Below are positions 1 to 8,557 of a stretch of 64,000 nucleotides of DNA, piece after piece. The DNA comes from an uncultured candidatus Brocadiaceae bacterium. GTDB lineage: Bacteria > Planctomycetota > UBA1135 > UBA2386. Every line of letters starts with the position of its first letter. The stretch's first letter is position 1. The notes under the pieces are model-generated. The model worked only from the letters and a program-made list of their open reading frames with translations. It made no database searches and was not told the origin of the DNA. The stretch is taken from NCBI GenBank assembly GCA_964418595.1, contig CAYQMF010000002.1, forward strand, positions 41,723-105,722, written 5' to 3'. A program made the position numbers and the translations under genes.

Positions 1-1434
1 CGTCGCGGCCACCTGCACCATGTCTCCGGGCTGACCGTTCGAGACGTTGATCCCGTTGGACGCCGCGGCACCCGCGCCGCCGGTGCCGCCGCCGGGGCCG
101 CCACGCGTTCCGGGCTGACCCGTGGTGAGGAAACCGAGCTGAATCAACTGGGTCACACCGGCCACGTCGATCGTGCCGTCGATGATCGCTTCGCCGCGCA
201 CGCGGATCTTGGGGATCTTCGAGCCGATGAAGCGGAGCGTCTTGCCCGCGCGCAGCTCGAACCGAGTGAACTCGAACGCGCCGTCGGACACGAACTCGTC
301 CCGACCGCTCAGCGTGAGGCGCGCCGGGATCTTGAAGCCGCCGAAGGCATCGGTGTCCCACTCGTACACGCCGCCACCCGCGTCGCGACCGATCTCGACG
401 TCGAAGTCGCCGTGCCGGCCACTGCCGCCGACGATGCCGGGCAACGCCGTCCCGTTCTGCCAGCGGGTCGAGGAGTACGCGGTGTCGAGGCGGCCGACCG
501 AGTCGAACTCCTCGATCGCGACGAGGTCGTCCGTGGTCGATGCCTCGGTGACGAAGCGATAGGTGATCGGCACGGCAGGGCGACCGGACAGGTCGCGCAC
601 CCGGTTGGTCACCTTCACTTCGATGCATGCCTCGCCGGGCAGTTGCACACTCGGCCGGAACGAGACCGTCGCCTTGCCGCGGATGGGATCCAGCACCACC
701 TGCGGTGTGCCGGGAAGCGGGACGCGCAGTGCCCCGTCGTCGCATTGGGGCACGCTGCCGACGCGCGCGGTGCGGCTGATGAAGTACTCCACCGGACCCC
801 CCTCGCCGGTGCCGGCGAACGGCGCCGCGTCGATCAGCTCGCTGAACTCGAGAACGACGCTCGTGCCGAGCGAGACGTTGTCCTTCGCCGTCGGCGAGAG
901 CAGGGTCGGGATCGGCGGCTGGTTGTCGATGTCGACGATGCCGAGGCTCACGGTGAGCTGGCAGGAGACCTGCGAACCCAACGCCTCGCCGGAGATGGCG
1001 CGCAACGTCTGCCCGCTGCCCGCAGGCAGCGCGAGGATGTAGGTCTCGTTGGCGCGGAAGCCGAAGAACGTCGATCCGCCGGAGATCTCGATCTTCGGCC
1101 GGAAGATGATGTTCGCGCCGTCGACGAGGAGGTCGCCGATCGGCGGCTCACCGTTGGCGGTGCGCAACAACACGCTCGCCGAGTTCACGGACGCGGGATC
1201 CACGGGCTGGCTGAAGCTCAGCGTGATGGGCTGGTTCTGCGCGATCTGCGAGACGCTGCAGCCGGTGCTCGAGCAACCGAGGCTGCACGAGACCAGGCAG
1301 AACTTCGACTCGGTCGTCGCACAGCGTCCGGCGCTGAAGGAAGCGCCCCCCGGCGTGCCACCGGTGCAACCGGGGAACACGAGGGCAAGGACGACGGCGA
1401 ACGGCGCAAGGAGACGATCGATTCGTTGCGACAT
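1..1434 (-). CDS. Giant secreted lipoprotein, paralog A (N-terminal 478 codons only; gene runs off the left edge)
   Basis: Not in the ORF track because no stop lies in the window. Reverse-strand translation from ATG (plus-strand cat 1432-1434) reads MSQRIDRLLAPFAVVLALVFPGC / FCLVSCSLGCSSTGCSVSQIAQNQPITLSF / VVLEFSELIDAAPF / IVGGSGRHGDFD / AFEFTRFELRAGKTLRFIGSKIPKIRVRGEAIIDGTIDV. This is colinear with the 1475..4105 protein. No listed - strand ORF occupies this frame. Confidence 0.8.
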   Translation of the reverse strand, partial: MSQRIDRLLAPFAVVLALVFPGCTGGTPGGASFSAGRCATTESKFCLVSCSLGCSSTGCSVSQIAQNQPITLSFSQPVDPASVNSASVLLRTANGEPPIGDLLVDGANIIFRPKIEISGGSTFFGFRANETYILALPAGSGQTLRAISGEALGSQVSCQLTVSLGIVDIDNQPPIPTLLSPTAKDNVSLGTSVVLEFSELIDAAPFAGTGEGGPVEYFISRTARVGSVPQCDDGALRVPLPGTPQVVLDPIRGKATVSFRPSVQLPGEACIEVKVTNRVRDLSGRPAVPITYRFVTEASTTDDLVAIEEFDSVGRLDTAYSSTRWQNGTALPGIVGGSGRHGDFDVEIGRDAGGGVYEWDTDAFGGFKIPARLTLSGRDEFVSDGAFEFTRFELRAGKTLRFIGSKIPKIRVRGEAIIDGTIDVAGVTQLIQLGFLTTGQPGTRGGPGGGTGGAGAAASNGINVSNGQPGDMVQVAAT

Positions 1435-1474
1435 CGGTGGGAGCGGGGCGCAGGCCGGTCAGGTTCTCGTGGAA

Positions 1475-4105
1475 TCAGTTCTCGTAGAAGATCGACACGC
1501 GCTTGATCTCGATGGTCGTCGCGCGGTCGTAGTTCAAGATGAGCTGGAATCGGACGGCGGTCGCCGAGTCCTGGTTCAGGTTGCCGGCGGCACCGCCGAA
1601 TGGGCCGACGAACTCGCGCCACGGAGCGGTCGGCGGCAGCGGCGTGCCGTTGTCGTCGCGGGTGCCCTGCACGACGAATCCCACGGCCTGGACCATCGGA
1701 GTCGCGCGCGTACCGGAGCCGCGAGTCGGATCGTCGCTGTAGACGATGCGCTGGCTGTCGACGATGGCCTCGACCTCGTAGCCGACCCAGCGGGGCGGCA
1801 CGACGTCCTGGAGCTGGTAGAAGAGCGACTGGAGACCGATCTGCTTGTCGCGATCGGTGAGGACACCGACGTTGCGCGGCCCGGCGGGCGGGAGGAGCTG
1901 ACCGATGCGCGCCGGATCGGGCTGCGTCGGTGCCTCGACGCGCACGTACCCGACGGAGCCGTCACCGCCGTACACCCGGATGCGATCGTCGTACTGGCCG
2001 AGCCCGAGCAGGAACTCGAACCGGCCGCCGGTGCCACCCAGCGCGCGCGCGGAGCCCGCGAGCGACATGTCGAGCCCGGTCTGCATCAGGATCGTGCCAC
2101 CCGAGCCGCCGCCGCCGGGGGTCGCGGGGCCCTCGCGGAGCGAACCGCCGGTCGCGCCGTTGCCGCCGCTCACGTCGATCACCGATTCCGAAGTGGTGAT
2201 GAGATCGCGACCCACGCGGAGCGCGATGGCGCCACCGCCGCCGCCGCCCGAGCCGCCCGCGTTCCAGAGGAAGAAGTCCCCCAACACGCGATAGAAGGTG
2301 TGCGCGCCACCGCCACCACCGCCGGCGCCGCCGGCGAGGTAGTGGACCAGCGAACTCACCGCCGGAGCGAGTGCAGTGGCGTCGAACGCGCGGCTCGCGG
2401 CGGTCTCGCCCTGACGCAGCCCCACCGGCTGGCTGTCGTTGCGCCCCGCGCCGCCGGGCGTCGTCATGCCGCCGCCGCCGCCCGGCGACGGGGCCATGAC
2501 CGACATCACGCCGAGGTAGGTGAAACGCACCTGGCTCAGCAGGCCCGAGTCCGGCCACTGCTTCGCGCCCCGTCCACCGGTGCCTTCCGTGTCTCTCCTG
2601 TACCCGTGCGTGCTCGCCACAGTGACGTCGCCGCCGTTGCCGCCGTCGAACAGCGGCTTGTTGGGGTTGCTCGGCAGGCCCATCGTCGCTTCGAGACTGC
2701 CACCGTCGCCGCCGCGCCCACCCCCCGCGCCGCCGGCGCTGCCAGGCTGGCCAGGGTAGTCGCGCGCGACTGCAGGCTTGGCCGGATAGCCAGGTGCGGA
2801 CGAGACGCCCTTGAGATCCAACGTCCCGGCGATCTCGCAACGGCCGCGGACGAACAACTTCACGGGCACGGGACCGGTGAAACGGATCGTGCGACCGGCG
2901 GGAATCACCAGGCGCGAGAAGTGGAACTCGCCGTCGGTGACCAGCTCTTCGACGCCGCTCAGCGTCGCCGACGCGGGGATGACGAAACCGCGGACGCCGT
3001 TGCGCTCATCGCGCTGGAGATCCCACAAGAACACGTCGCCGCCCAGGTCCTGACCGAGCGCCGCGTCGAACTCACCGTGTCGGCCGGAGCCCCCGATCCG
3101 CGCCGGCGTGACCGCCCCGCCCGACCACTCCCCGGCCGAGCGCTCGGCATCGAGCTGCTGCTGGGACGTGAACGACTCGATCAGCTCACGGCGCTCGAGC
3201 ACTGCGTTCTCGACCACGAACTGGAAGAGCTGCGGACGCGCCGCGGTGCCCGCAACGTCGCGCACGCGCGTGGTGATCTCGACCTGCACGCAACCCTCGG
3301 CGGGCAGCTTGCTACCCGGGATGAAGTTGACGATGGTGCGCTGGCGCGCGACATCCTGGACCAGGCGGAACGAGCCGCGTAGGGACAGTGCGGCCACCGT
3401 GGGATCGCACTCGCGCCCGCTCGCCCCGGCCCGGGTCGCCCGCACGCGGAACTGCACCGGCAGGCTTGCCAAGGGCGTCTGGAACGGAGCCGCGTCCAGG
3501 ATCTCGCTGAACTCGACGACGATCGCCGTGTCGCGCGGCGCACCCTGGGTGACCGAAGGCGTCACCAGCGTGGCGCGGGGCGGTTGCTCATCGAGGTCGA
3601 CGATGCCGCGCGAGACGCGCAGGTTGCACACCGTCTCGCGTGCGATGGAGTCGCCGGATGTCGAACGCACCGTCGCGTTGCCCGGTCCCGCCTGGCGCAA
3701 CACCAATCGGTACGAGGCCCCGTTCTTGAACCCGAAGAAGCTGCTGCTGCCCACGACCTGCACCTCGGGGGCGAACGTCACCTGGTTCCCATTCACGAGG
3801 AACTGGCCGACGGGCTCCTCGCCGGTCTCGGTCTTGATCTGGATCGTCGTGAAGTTCGCGGACGCCGGATCGACCGGCTTGTTGAACACGAACGTGATGG
3901 GCTGGTTCTGGGCGATCTCGCTGATGGAGCACCCGGAGGCGCCACAGCCCAGGTTGCACGAAACGACGCAGAACGTCGCGGCCGGCGTCCCGCTGCCGTC
4001 GTCGCAGGACGGTGTGGTCAGCGAACTTGCGCCGCCGCCGGTGGAACAACCCGCCAGACCCAGGAACAAGGCGAGGGCAGAGACAGAGATCGTTCGGAGC
4101 TGCAT
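1475..4105 (-). CDS. Giant secreted lipoprotein, paralog B (876 aa): lipobox, Cys-rich knot, Ig-like (SbsA/Big_5-like) modules, beta-solenoid-like core with poly-Gly runs, conserved C-terminal module
   Basis: ORF 1475..4678 trimmed to the internal ATG at 4105 (MQLRTISVSALALFLGLAGC, signal peptide plus lipobox). The 191 upstream codons are Arg/Pro-rich and look non-coding. Motifs: FCVVSCNLGCGASGCSISEIAQNQPITF, IVVEFSEILDAAPF, IGGSGRHGEFD, EFHFSRLVIPAGRTIRFTGPVPVKLFVRG, GGAGGGGGGAHTF, GGSGGGGGGAIALRVG, GGGGSGGTILMQTG. Confidence 0.85.
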   Translation of the reverse strand: MQLRTISVSALALFLGLAGCSTGGGASSLTTPSCDDGSGTPAATFCVVSCNLGCGASGCSISEIAQNQPITFVFNKPVDPASANFTTIQIKTETGEEPVGQFLVNGNQVTFAPEVQVVGSSSFFGFKNGASYRLVLRQAGPGNATVRSTSGDSIARETVCNLRVSRGIVDLDEQPPRATLVTPSVTQGAPRDTAIVVEFSEILDAAPFQTPLASLPVQFRVRATRAGASGRECDPTVAALSLRGSFRLVQDVARQRTIVNFIPGSKLPAEGCVQVEITTRVRDVAGTAARPQLFQFVVENAVLERRELIESFTSQQQLDAERSAGEWSGGAVTPARIGGSGRHGEFDAALGQDLGGDVFLWDLQRDERNGVRGFVIPASATLSGVEELVTDGEFHFSRLVIPAGRTIRFTGPVPVKLFVRGRCEIAGTLDLKGVSSAPGYPAKPAVARDYPGQPGSAGGAGGGRGGDGGSLEATMGLPSNPNKPLFDGGNGGDVTVASTHGYRRDTEGTGGRGAKQWPDSGLLSQVRFTYLGVMSVMAPSPGGGGGMTTPGGAGRNDSQPVGLRQGETAASRAFDATALAPAVSSLVHYLAGGAGGGGGGAHTFYRVLGDFFLWNAGGSGGGGGGAIALRVGRDLITTSESVIDVSGGNGATGGSLREGPATPGGGGSGGTILMQTGLDMSLAGSARALGGTGGRFEFLLGLGQYDDRIRVYGGDGSVGYVRVEAPTQPDPARIGQLLPPAGPRNVGVLTDRDKQIGLQSLFYQLQDVVPPRWVGYEVEAIVDSQRIVYSDDPTRGSGTRATPMVQAVGFVVQGTRDDNGTPLPPTAPWREFVGPFGGAAGNLNQDSATAVRFQLILNYDRATTIEIKRVSIFYEN

Positions 4106-4382
4106 TTGCTTCTCAGGGACGGCAAAACGGAGGGAACGGCGATACGGAGGGGAGCGGAGGAGGGCCTGTCCGCGCGAGCTCGGAGCACCTTGAAACCATA
4201 CCCGGTGCCCTGGCCGAACGCGGACACTCCTTGGTGTCTGTCGGATGGGAGGAGGGGCCGGCACCATAAACCAAGAACCATGCCGTGGAACCGGGGAGAT
4301 GCGGTTCGCGGTGCGGTCCGGCCGGGCCGGACGCCGGCGGCGAGCAACCGCCCAAGGCAAGGGGCGAGCGCGATTCGCCCGT

Positions 4383-4397
4383 TGGCACGGCACTGGC
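4383..4397 (+). promoter_or_regulatory. Candidate sigma-54 (-24/-12) promoter upstream of 4534..5565
   Basis: TTGGCACGGCACTGGCC compared with consensus YTGGCACGR-N3-TTGCW. The -24 half matches perfectly and the GG-N10-GC spacing is correct. The -12 half reads TGGC instead of TTGC. It lies 137 nt upstream of the ATG, and rpoN is encoded in this window. Confidence 0.3.
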
Positions 4398-4533
4398 CAT
4401 CCCGGGCGCTCGCCACGCGATGCGATGCCGGGCACTCGCCCCGCGTGCGAAAAGCCGCAGGTCGAGTGTTCGAGATCGCACCGCTCTGCGCTCGGGGTCG
4501 CGCCCGCAGGTGCAACCAGAGACCCCCGAGATA

Positions 4534-5565
4534 ATGTCCCTCCCGATGACCGAGACCCGACCCTCCCACCGCAACGGCGCATCCCTCGTCGTTGGCCTCG
4601 CCCTGCTGGCCGGAGGCGGCGGCGCCTGGTGGGACATCCGTTCCCGCTTCGACGACCTCGCCTCCCGCGCTGCCGCACTCGAGGCCTCCCAGGCCCGCGT
4701 CGAGCGGGCCATGCAACTGTTCCGCTTCGAGCGCGGGAGCAAGGGACTCGGCGTCACCGCCCTCCTCGAACACCTCCGGCACTGGGCGCCCCTGCTGTCC
4801 CTGTCGACCACCCCGCAGCGTGAGATCGGGGCGATCCAGGAACGGGTCGACGACCTCACCAAGGCCTTCGAGGCGATCGGCGCAGACGCGTACGAACCCC
4901 TGGTCGCCGCGTTCAAGAACGCCGCCCCCACGGAGGACGATCTCCGCAAGTGGCTGATCACGACCCTGCCCCGTCTGGACCGGGCACGCGGCATCGCACT
5001 GCTCGAGGAGACCGTGCGCGGCGTCGACCGCTCGGTGTCGCCACGCATCCGGGTCCACGCGGCAAACGTCCTGCTCGAGACCGACAAGGAACGCCTCGGC
5101 CGCGTGCTCGGAGAGCTGCTGACGTACGAGTCCGCGGCGGGAATCGACCCCACTCGTCTCCCGGCGGGTCTGCGGGAGGCGTTCGGCGCGGCCCAACTGG
5201 TGCCGGAGCGCATGCCGATGTTCTTCAACTTCATCGACCTGTTCGTCGCCACGGGCGCGAGCGACGTCGAAGAGAAGCTGATCATGGTCGCCGGGCGCCA
5301 GGATCACGACCTCGCGACCGTGCAGGCCTGCGTGAAGCAGCTCGGCGACCTGCGGTCGGTGCGCGGCGTGAAGGTCATCAAGCGACTCTACGACCGACCG
5401 CCGGAGATGATGGTCAACCCGATCTTCCAGGGACACTGCCTGGACGCAATCGGCAGGATCGAGGGGGCCGGCGCCTGCGATTACTTCAAGGAAATGCTCC
5501 GGCGCGGCCCCGACGAACGCGTCCACGCCAAGCTGACGGAGCTCATCAAGACCCACTGCCGGTGA
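4534..5565 (+). CDS. Membrane-anchored protein with coiled-coil and HEAT/ARM-like helical repeats; function unknown
   Basis: ORF 4285..5565 trimmed to ATG 4534 (MSLPMTETRP). There is a TM-like stretch ASLVVGLALLAGGGGAWW, followed by alpha-helical repeat-like sequence (RIRVHAANVLLETDKERLGRVLGELL; VQACVKQLGDLRSVRGVKVIKRL). Amino-acid composition is natural, unlike the antisense shadow ORFs. Confidence 0.7.
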   Translation: MSLPMTETRPSHRNGASLVVGLALLAGGGGAWWDIRSRFDDLASRAAALEASQARVERAMQLFRFERGSKGLGVTALLEHLRHWAPLLSLSTTPQREIGAIQERVDDLTKAFEAIGADAYEPLVAAFKNAAPTEDDLRKWLITTLPRLDRARGIALLEETVRGVDRSVSPRIRVHAANVLLETDKERLGRVLGELLTYESAAGIDPTRLPAGLREAFGAAQLVPERMPMFFNFIDLFVATGASDVEEKLIMVAGRQDHDLATVQACVKQLGDLRSVRGVKVIKRLYDRPPEMMVNPIFQGHCLDAIGRIEGAGACDYFKEMLRRGPDERVHAKLTELIKTHCR

Positions 5566-7392
5566 TCAGCGGGCCGGGCCCGCGGCGCGCGTGCGCAGCA
5601 GTTCGATGATGCGCGGATCGAACGCACTCCCCTGAGCAGCCCGCGCGATGTCGCGCTCTGCCTCCGCATGGCGGCCGAGCTGGCGCAGGTAGCTGGCGCG
5701 ATCGAAGAGCACGGAGCTGTGGTCGAGTCCGCTCGCGACGCTGCGGTCGAGCAGCGCGACGGCGAGATCGAGGCGCCCTTGCCGTGCCCGCGCCGACGCC
5801 GCGGTGCGGAACACGAGTCCCTTCGGCGGCGCGAACTCCAGACACGCCAGTGCCTGCGCCTCCGCTGCATCGAACCAGTGGGCCTCACCCGTCTCGCCGC
5901 CGACCGCGGCGAGGGCACGACTCGACAGCAGACGATCGAACGGATTGTGGGGTTCGGCTGCGACGAGGCGGTCGGTCGCCACGAGCGCCACCATCGCCCG
6001 GCCCGGCTCCGGCGACAGCAGGATGTGCAGCTCGGCGAGGTTGCGCAGCGCGGCGGCGTGATTCGGCCAGATCGCCACCGCGCGTTGGGTGAGCTGCAGC
6101 GCCGGTTGGAGTTCGTCGCACTCCATGTGGCAGAGAGCCAGGCCACACAGCGCTCGCACCGACCACGGCTGCGTCTGCACCATGCGCGTCCAGAGTGCCT
6201 TGGGGTCGCGGTACTCGACACTGCGCTGGGCCGCGAACGCCGCGAGCGTCAGCACCCCCACCGCGGCGACCAGCCGCGATGGCACGCTGACGAATCGGAT
6301 GCCCGGCAGGGCCTGGGCTGCCACCAGCGCGAGCCCGGCGAGCGGCCCATACATCCGATGCTCCAGGTACGGGGAGTTCAGCGGCAGGATCACCCAGGGC
6401 AGCGCCGTGGCCCACGCCAGTGCGGTGCCGAAGGCGCGGGCGGAACCCGCGGCCGGGCGGCGCAGGCCCAGCCATGCCAACGTCGCGACGAACACGGTGC
6501 CCGCCAGCACGCCCGGATGCCAGGGGGTGCGCACGTAGGTCACGTCGGGGTCGAGGGTGAGACCGAAGGGCACGACGCACTGCGCGATGGCCCGCGGCAG
6601 GAGCGTGGCCATCGTGCAAAGCTGCGTGAGGAGATCCCGGCCGTGCCCCGCCGTCACGTCCACGCCACTCACCAGGGCGGGCATCGCGGCGGTGGCCATG
6701 CCGAACAACTCGCGGCGCACGACCAGGTAGGTCAAGGCCACGGCCAGCGGCAGACCCTGTGCGAAAAGCCAGCGCCCGACGCGACCCCGAGCTCGCCACG
6801 GCGGATCCAGCGCCAGTAGCAGCCCGGGCAACACGACGCCCGTCTCCTTGCTCCCGCAGGCGACGGCGACGCAGATCGCGGTCACCGCGGCCCACGCGAG
6901 GCGCTCCCGCGCGCGCAGATGCGCCAGCACGCCGCCGACGATGCCGAGCGTCAGCAGCAGCTCGCTACGACCCGACACCGTGTTGACGGCCTCCGACGCC
7001 AGCGGGTGCACGGCGAACAGGCACGCTGCGACCAGAGCCGCGCGCGAGCGAGCGCCGAGCCGCGTCGCGAGGGCGAACACGCCGCCTGCAACGGCGATGT
7101 GGATCGCGAGGTTCGTGAGCTTGAACATCCACACCCCACCCTGCCCGATCGCGTGGTCGATCGCGTACGACACCAGCAGCACCGGCCGGTACATCCGGTT
7201 GTCGATCGCGCTGAACGCGTCGAGGTCGTGGAAGAAGCGCGGGAGGTTCGCGAGCGAGCGGATGGCCTCGTTGTCGCGCACCGAGTGCAGATCGTCGTAC
7301 ACGAACGCGCCGGTGAGCGCGACGCCGTACGCGATCACGGCGCAGGCCACGATCCACGCCCACGGCCAACGCACCGGCGCGACGTCAGACAC
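5566..7392 (-). CDS. GT-C-fold glycosyltransferase, PMT/TMTC-like: polytopic membrane N-terminal half plus C-terminal TPR repeats
   Basis: ORF 5566..7620. I propose a GTG start at 7392 (VSDVAPVRWPWAWIVAC), overlapping the upstream GT stop by 8 nt; the earlier codons are Arg/Ser-rich. Motifs AFVYDDLHSVRDNEAI, MYRPVLLVSY, NLAIHIAVAG and HPLASEAVNTVSGRSELL match the FVFDD..AI..N / YRP / HP..E.V pattern of TMTC/DUF1736-type enzymes. Many hydrophobic helices are followed by TPR-like repeats (AVAIWPNHAAALRNLAEL, LGRHAEAERDIARAA). Confidence 0.8.
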   Translation of the reverse strand: MSDVAPVRWPWAWIVACAVIAYGVALTGAFVYDDLHSVRDNEAIRSLANLPRFFHDLDAFSAIDNRMYRPVLLVSYAIDHAIGQGGVWMFKLTNLAIHIAVAGGVFALATRLGARSRAALVAACLFAVHPLASEAVNTVSGRSELLLTLGIVGGVLAHLRARERLAWAAVTAICVAVACGSKETGVVLPGLLLALDPPWRARGRVGRWLFAQGLPLAVALTYLVVRRELFGMATAAMPALVSGVDVTAGHGRDLLTQLCTMATLLPRAIAQCVVPFGLTLDPDVTYVRTPWHPGVLAGTVFVATLAWLGLRRPAAGSARAFGTALAWATALPWVILPLNSPYLEHRMYGPLAGLALVAAQALPGIRFVSVPSRLVAAVGVLTLAAFAAQRSVEYRDPKALWTRMVQTQPWSVRALCGLALCHMECDELQPALQLTQRAVAIWPNHAAALRNLAELHILLSPEPGRAMVALVATDRLVAAEPHNPFDRLLSSRALAAVGGETGEAHWFDAAEAQALACLEFAPPKGLVFRTAASARARQGRLDLAVALLDRSVASGLDHSSVLFDRASYLRQLGRHAEAERDIARAAQGSAFDPRIIELLRTRAAGPAR

Positions 7393-8557
7393 GCGCGGGC
7401 TCCCTGCGCAACGACCGGGACTCTGGCTTGAACCCGAGGCTCGCGAGGCTCGCGGCCAACCGACGCGCCAGGGCGACGGCCGAGAACTCGCGCTCGAATG
7501 CGGCACGCGCGTTGGCCGCGACTGCCGCGAGCGCAGCGCGGTTGACCGCGAGGCGCTGCAACTCGACGGCGAGCGCGTCTGCGTCACCCGCCGGCGCGAC
7601 CAGGACTTCTTCCCCCGCACGCAGCATCGATCGGATGGCCGGAGTGTCGGCCGTCAGGACCGGGCGACCGGCGGCGAGCCCGTGCACCACCTTGAAGGGC
7701 ACGACGAGTTGTGCCTTCCGCGAGCGGCCGAAGACGCCGGCAACGAGATCGCACGCGGCCATCCGCTTCTCCAGTTCGATCCGCGGCACGAACTCTTCGA
7801 GGAGGGTCACCTCCCCGCCGGGCGCAGCGGCGATCGTGCGACGATCGCGCTCGCTACCGCCGATCACCTGCAGGCTCACGCTGCCACGGCAGCGACGCAC
7901 CGCGCGCACGAGAACGTCCAGCCCGTGCAGGGGCACGCCGGTGCCGAAGAACAGCACGCGCAACGGTCCCGACGCCGGCAGTTGGTATGGCGCCGCGGTC
8001 TCCAGCGCGTCGGGATCCCCCACCGGCTGCCAGGCAAACCGCGAGACGGGCAGGCCGGTCAGCTCGGCGACCCGGAGCGCGTGATGCCTGGTGTCGAGCA
8101 GCACGAGGTTCGCATCGGTGCACGCACGCCGGTCGAACGCTCGCAGCAGGCGTGCGGCGAGCCCGCGTTGCCGCACCAACCTGCGGTCCTCGACCACGGT
8201 GTCGTGGGCCGAGAGGAAGAGATCGAGGAGGACCGGACCGACGAAGACGGAACGGGCGGTGCGCACCCAGGTGTGTCCGGGGTACGGAACGAACACGAGA
8301 TCGGGGCGCACCCGCTCGATCTCGCGCCGCAGTTCGCGACGGGCCGCGCGCTGTTCGCGAAGCGTGGCCAGCCCGACCAGCGGCCAGCACCAGGGCCGGC
8401 GGGCGAGCGCCGCCTTGCGACGACCCAGCAGAAGGGACGGGCGACGACACTCGGCGACTTCCCAGCCGAGCGACCGGAAGGACGCGAGGATCGAGGGGGT
8501 ACGCGGGTAGCCCGGCCCGTCATCCCAGGCGCCGAACACGAGAACGCGCGGGCTCAT
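7385..8557 (-). CDS. Glycosyltransferase, GT-B fold (group 1 / GT4-like)
   Basis: 390-aa ORF beginning MSPRVLVFGAWDDGPGYPRT. The C-terminal half is typical of GT4 enzymes (LRVLFFGTGVPLHGLDVLV, LVVPFKVVHGLAAGRPVLTADTPAIRSML). Its ATG overlaps the upstream GT2 stop as ATGA. Confidence 0.8.
   Translation of the reverse strand: MSPRVLVFGAWDDGPGYPRTPSILASFRSLGWEVAECRRPSLLLGRRKAALARRPWCWPLVGLATLREQRAARRELRREIERVRPDLVFVPYPGHTWVRTARSVFVGPVLLDLFLSAHDTVVEDRRLVRQRGLAARLLRAFDRRACTDANLVLLDTRHHALRVAELTGLPVSRFAWQPVGDPDALETAAPYQLPASGPLRVLFFGTGVPLHGLDVLVRAVRRCRGSVSLQVIGGSERDRRTIAAAPGGEVTLLEEFVPRIELEKRMAACDLVAGVFGRSRKAQLVVPFKVVHGLAAGRPVLTADTPAIRSMLRAGEEVLVAPAGDADALAVELQRLAVNRAALAAVAANARAAFEREFSAVALARRLAASLASLGFKPESRSLRREPARV

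Noticed and set aside
2030-2760. Glycine-codon repeat DNA (also 27048..27800 and 62439..62558), considered as a CRISPR or tandem-repeat array.
   Set aside because: These tracts lack the regular repeat-spacer periodicity of a CRISPR array. They are in-frame (GGN)n runs inside coding sequences.
4106-4678. N-terminal extensions of track ORFs (4106..4678, 29178..29444, 41687..41911, 34047..34196, 54164..54262, 45644..45748, 46105..46248, 7393..7620).
   Set aside because: The extensions are Arg/Pro/Ser-rich. They precede clear signal peptides or conserved N-termini that begin at internal ATG/GTG codons, which I verified in the sequence. The 54164..54262 extension would also overlap the SRP RNA.
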